A stretch of 29,090 nt of DNA, taken from Sandaracinaceae bacterium. Lineage in GTDB: Bacteria > Myxococcota_A > Polyangia > Polyangiales > Sandaracinaceae. This document shows, one piece after another, positions 25,901 through 29,090 of this stretch. Both the position numbers and the translations under genes were made by a program. Location: assembly GCA_044220955.1 (NCBI GenBank), contig JBGAQA010000086.1, positions 1 to 29,090 of the forward strand. Direction: 5' to 3'. The notes beneath the pieces are model-generated. The model saw nothing but the letters and a program-made list of their open reading frames with translations. It was not told where the DNA came from and ran no database searches. How positions within the stretch are numbered: the stretch's first letter is position 1; the number at the start of each line of letters is the position of its first letter.

Positions 25901-27565
25901 ATGCCGCTGCGCCGTGCCGCCTCGAACGTGCTCTCCCGGATGGCGTTCGCGCTGGAGATCCTCGAGGGGCCGACGCCGCGCGCGCGTACCTACGGCGCCG
26001 CGTCCCGCACGGTGTTCCAGCTCGAGGGGGACCTCGCCGAGCTGCGTCGCTCCGGAGCGCTCGATCGGGTGCGGGGCCTCGGCCCGAGCTGCCTGGCCGT
26101 GATCGACGACGTGATCGCCGGACGCGAGCCCGCGGAGCTGAAGGAGCTGGAGGCCAGGATCCCGGAGGGTCTGTTCGCGTTCCGCCGCATCAAGGGGCTC
26201 GGCCCCGCGAAGATCCGCGCCCTCTACGAGGGCCTGGGCGTCACGACGCTCGGCGAGCTCGAGCACGCTTGCAAGGAGAACCGGCTCGTCACGCTCCCGG
26301 GCTTCGGCGACAAGACGCAGGCGAACGTGCTCGCCGGGGTGCAGGCCGAGCGCCGCCACGAGGGGATGCACCTGCGCGACGCGGCGCTCGAGATGGCGCG
26401 CGAGCTGATCGCGCGCGTCGCGGCCGGCGCGCGCCACGCGATCGTGGGCGATCTCGCGACCGGCGCCGAGCTCGTCACGGACATCGCGGTGCTGGTCGAA
26501 GGCGAAGGCGCGCCGCGGGAGCAGATCGTGCTCGGCGAGGGCGCCCAGGGTGTCGTGGTGCGGGCGACCGCGGACCGCTTCGGGGTCGCGCACGTGCGCG
26601 AGACGAGCGACGCGGCGCACCTCTCGGCCCTGCGCGCGCGTGCCACCGAGCTCGGGCTCTCGCTCGACGACGAGCGGCTCGCGCGCGGGGCGCTCACGAT
26701 CCCCGTCCCGTCGGACGAAGCGCTCTACGACGCGCTCGAGCTCTGCCCGGTCCCCGTCGAGGCGCGTCGCGAGGGCACGGTCCTCGCGCGTCGCGGGACC
26801 GCCGTGCGCGAGCTCGTGTCGCGCGGCGCGCTCCGCGGTGCCCTGCACAACCACACGCTCGCCTCCGACGGCGTCGCCACGCTCGTCGAGATGCGCGAGG
26901 CCGCGATGGCCTGGGGCCTGTCCTACCTCGGCATCTCCGAGCACAGCCAGAGCGCCGACTACGCGCGCGGCCTGACGCGCGAGCGCATCGCGGCGCAGGT
27001 GGCCGAGATCGCGGCCATGAACGCCGAGGGCACCCGCTGCACGCTCCTCACGGGGGTCGAGAGCGACATCCTCATCGACGGCGCCCTCGACTATCCCTTC
27101 GAGGTGCTCGCGCCGCTCGAGGTGGTGATCGCGTCGTCGCATCGCCGCTTCTCGCTCGATCGCGAGCGCTCGACCGCGCGCATGGTCCGCGCCGCCTCGT
27201 GGCCGCGTACGGACGTGCTCGGTCACCCGACCGGACGGCTGCTCCTCGGGCGTCCACCGCTCGACCTCGACCTCGAGGCCTTGCTGGCCGCGTGCGCGGC
27301 CCACGGATGCGCCGTCGAGCTCAACGGCAGCGCGCACCGGCTCGACTTCGGCGCGCGCGAGCTCGCGATGGCCAAGGAGCGCGGCATCCTCGTGTCCATC
27401 GCGGCGGACGCCCACGCCACGGGCGAGATCGCCGAGCACCTCGACCACGGTCTGGCGGTGGCGCGCCGCGCGGGCCTCACGCCCGAGGACGTCCTCAACA
27501 CGCGCACGCTGCCGGAGCTGCGCGCGTGGCTCGGAGCCAGGCGCGCGAAGGCGGCCGAGGCGTGA
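25901..27565 (+). CDS. polX: DNA polymerase X family protein with PHP exonuclease domain; polymerase site degenerate
   Basis: HhH motifs VRGLGP, IKGLGPAK and LPGFGDKT. PHP motifs HNHT..SDG, SEHS, ESDI, SSH, GHPTGR, ELN and ADAH. The palm reads GDLAT...TDIAVL instead of GSxRR...GDxD. Confidence 0.9.
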   Translation: MPLRRAASNVLSRMAFALEILEGPTPRARTYGAASRTVFQLEGDLAELRRSGALDRVRGLGPSCLAVIDDVIAGREPAELKELEARIPEGLFAFRRIKGLGPAKIRALYEGLGVTTLGELEHACKENRLVTLPGFGDKTQANVLAGVQAERRHEGMHLRDAALEMARELIARVAAGARHAIVGDLATGAELVTDIAVLVEGEGAPREQIVLGEGAQGVVVRATADRFGVAHVRETSDAAHLSALRARATELGLSLDDERLARGALTIPVPSDEALYDALELCPVPVEARREGTVLARRGTAVRELVSRGALRGALHNHTLASDGVATLVEMREAAMAWGLSYLGISEHSQSADYARGLTRERIAAQVAEIAAMNAEGTRCTLLTGVESDILIDGALDYPFEVLAPLEVVIASSHRRFSLDRERSTARMVRAASWPRTDVLGHPTGRLLLGRPPLDLDLEALLAACAAHGCAVELNGSAHRLDFGARELAMAKERGILVSIAADAHATGEIAEHLDHGLAVARRAGLTPEDVLNTRTLPELRAWLGARRAKAAEA

Positions 27566-27597
27566 GCGCCCCCGGGAACGCGGGCTATGCTGGCGTG

Positions 27598-28230
27598 GTG
27601 CTCGCTCTGCGCACGTCGTCGGCTCTGCTCGTGCTCGGCGCGCTCCTGCCGGCGTGTCCCCACCAGACCGCGCCCGTCGACGCGGCCGTCGCGGCCCCGG
27701 ACGCGGGGCCGCTCGACCCGCTCTTCTCCGGTCCGATCGCGATCGACGACGCGGTGACCATGGCGCTCGACCCGACGAGCTTGCCGGCGGGTCCGTCCGC
27801 GTGTCGCGCGCCGCTGCTCGCTCGCGTCACCCGCGCCGTCGACGGCGACACGACGCACGTCGACGGGGTCTCCGAGGTCACGGGCGATCTCGCGATCCGG
27901 TTCATCGGCGTGAACGCACCCGAGATCGCGCACGGAGCCGGCACCGTCACCGAGTGTTACGGGGACGAGGCGACCGCGTTCACCTCCCAGCTGGTGGGCC
28001 ACCTCGTGTGGCTCACCTTCGACCGCGACTGCCTCGACGCCTACGGGCGCACGCTCGCGTACGTCCGGTACGGGCCGGCCGAGTCGCAGTCGTGGGAGCG
28101 ACAGATGCTGCGCCGCGGGCTCGCGCGGACGCTCTCGATCTCCCCCAACACCACGTTCCGGCTGACGTTCGAGGGCGACGAGCTCGCGGCGCAGGCCGAG
28201 CGCGTCGGTCTCTGGTCGGCGTGCCTGTGA
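27598..28230 (+). CDS. Thermonuclease (SNase) family lipoprotein
   Basis: VDGDT, IRFIGVNAPE, DAYGRTLAYV, GLAR and VGLWS motifs. Signal peptide with LPAC. The start may be GTG 27562 (overlapping the polX stop), 27595 or 27598. Confidence 0.88.
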   Translation: MLALRTSSALLVLGALLPACPHQTAPVDAAVAAPDAGPLDPLFSGPIAIDDAVTMALDPTSLPAGPSACRAPLLARVTRAVDGDTTHVDGVSEVTGDLAIRFIGVNAPEIAHGAGTVTECYGDEATAFTSQLVGHLVWLTFDRDCLDAYGRTLAYVRYGPAESQSWERQMLRRGLARTLSISPNTTFRLTFEGDELAAQAERVGLWSACL

Positions 28231-29090
28231 GGTGCACGAGCACGCTGCTGGCCGCGCTGGCGCTCGTCGGCTGCACTTGCGCCGGAGAGCCGCCGCCGTC
28301 GTCCGTGGCGCCGCCGTCCGTGCCCGGAGCTCCCCGCATCGCCGTGCTTCCGTCCACCGCGCGCACCGATCTGCCCGTGCTCGCGCCCGCGATCACGATC
28401 ACGGTCGAGGACGCTGCGTTCACGGTGAGCAACCGCGCCCTGGTCGCCTCGTGGCCCGCCGCCGAGCGCGAGGCGGTCGGCCGCACGCGCCCCCTCGGCG
28501 ACGCCGAGTACCCGGTCGTCGAGCGGCGGGTCGACGACGCCAGCCTCGCGCTGGTGGTCCCGCCGCTCGGCGAGGCGATGCGCGCGCTCGTCGCCGTCGA
28601 GACCGCGCGCGCCGCGATCGTGCACGCGGACGGGACGACGCAGGCGTTCCTCGTTCGCGCCGGTCCGGACGTGGCGTTCGGGCGCGTGCTCGCCGCAGTC
28701 TACGCGGCGGCGATGGTCGGCCTGAGCCAGCCGCGGCTCGCGCTCGCGAGCGAGGAGGGCGAGCGCGAGCTCTGGCTGACGGTGCCGCGCGCCGCGGTGG
28801 ACGATCCCGCCGCCGCCGCCGCGGTGGCGTCGGCGCTCGCGGCGCTCGAGGGCAGGGAGGCCCCGCCGGCGATCGACGCGGGACCGGGGACGTCGTCGGA
28901 TCGCGTGACGGCGAGGCTCGGCGCCGACGGGCTCGACCTGAGGCGCGGCACGACGCCGCTCGCGCCCGGCTGCGCGGGGCCTGCTGCGGCGGGCAGCACC
29001 GCGCCCGCGATCCCGTCGGCGTCGCTCTCGCCCGCCACGATCGCCGCGTGTCTCGGCGCGGCCGGTGGCTCGGGGCTGGTCGTCTTCGGC
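28227..29090 (+). CDS. Lipoprotein with ExbD/TolR-like periplasmic segment, truncated by the window end (absent from the ORF track)
   Basis: GTG at 28227 overlaps the SNase stop (GTGA), and the frame stays open to the end of the window. MRCTSTLLAALALVGC lipobox. Internal FLVRAGPDVAFGRVLAAVYAAAMVGLSQPRLAL segment. Confidence 0.7.
   Translation, partial: MRCTSTLLAALALVGCTCAGEPPPSSVAPPSVPGAPRIAVLPSTARTDLPVLAPAITITVEDAAFTVSNRALVASWPAAEREAVGRTRPLGDAEYPVVERRVDDASLALVVPPLGEAMRALVAVETARAAIVHADGTTQAFLVRAGPDVAFGRVLAAVYAAAMVGLSQPRLALASEEGERELWLTVPRAAVDDPAAAAAVASALAALEGREAPPAIDAGPGTSSDRVTARLGADGLDLRRGTTPLAPGCAGPAAAGSTAPAIPSASLSPATIAACLGAAGGSGLVVFG

Noticed and set aside
27895..27925. SNase GVNAPE (Asn in place of the Asp of GIDAPE) as an inactivating change
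   Set aside because: Asn at this position occurs in many thermonuclease homologues as I recall, and the other catalytic motifs (DGDT, R, E, YGR) are intact.
25901..28230. PolX-PHP plus SNase as an anti-phage defence or joint DNA-repair module
   Set aside because: The SNase has a lipoprotein signal and so a different compartment, and it appears to have its own -10 element. There are no defence-island or mobility genes nearby.

Overview
This is a very GC-rich, densely coding chromosomal window with a myxobacterial signature (Myxococcota, probably Polyangia/Sandaracinaceae-like; inferred from a MYXO-CTERM-like tail, Cys-rich repeat lipoproteins, DAG-rich linkers and a Hanks-type receptor kinase). 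I support 22 CDS, and most long ORFs in the supplied track are GC-driven shadow frames. Content from left to right: (i) two translationally coupled Cys-rich surface proteins (a NIDO-domain MYXO-CTERM protein and a STIG1-like repeat lipoprotein); (ii) a secreted beta-propeller/FN3-like protein and a Ser/Thr kinase with an extracellular propeller; (iii) a complete tonB-exbB-exbD-exbD-TBDT-lipoprotein operon with a Pho-box-like repeat upstream and a frameshift in a C10 run of tonB; (iv) a tetraheme c-type cytochrome lipoprotein fused to a degenerate 5'-nucleotidase-like fold with a CGC motif; (v) several uncharacterised lipoproteins and an esterase; (vi) a possible lipid/sterol-modification group (haloalkane dehalogenase-family hydrolase, sterol desaturase family, methyltransferase, steroid 5-alpha-reductase-like); (vii) a polymerase-dead PolX-PHP, a thermonuclease lipoprotein and a truncated ExbD-like lipoprotein. 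Several genes have a TAnnnT hexamer 6-7 nt before the start codon, suggesting leaderless mRNAs. I saw no rRNA, tRNA, CRISPR array or mobile element. All family calls come from motif recognition by eye, not from database searches.
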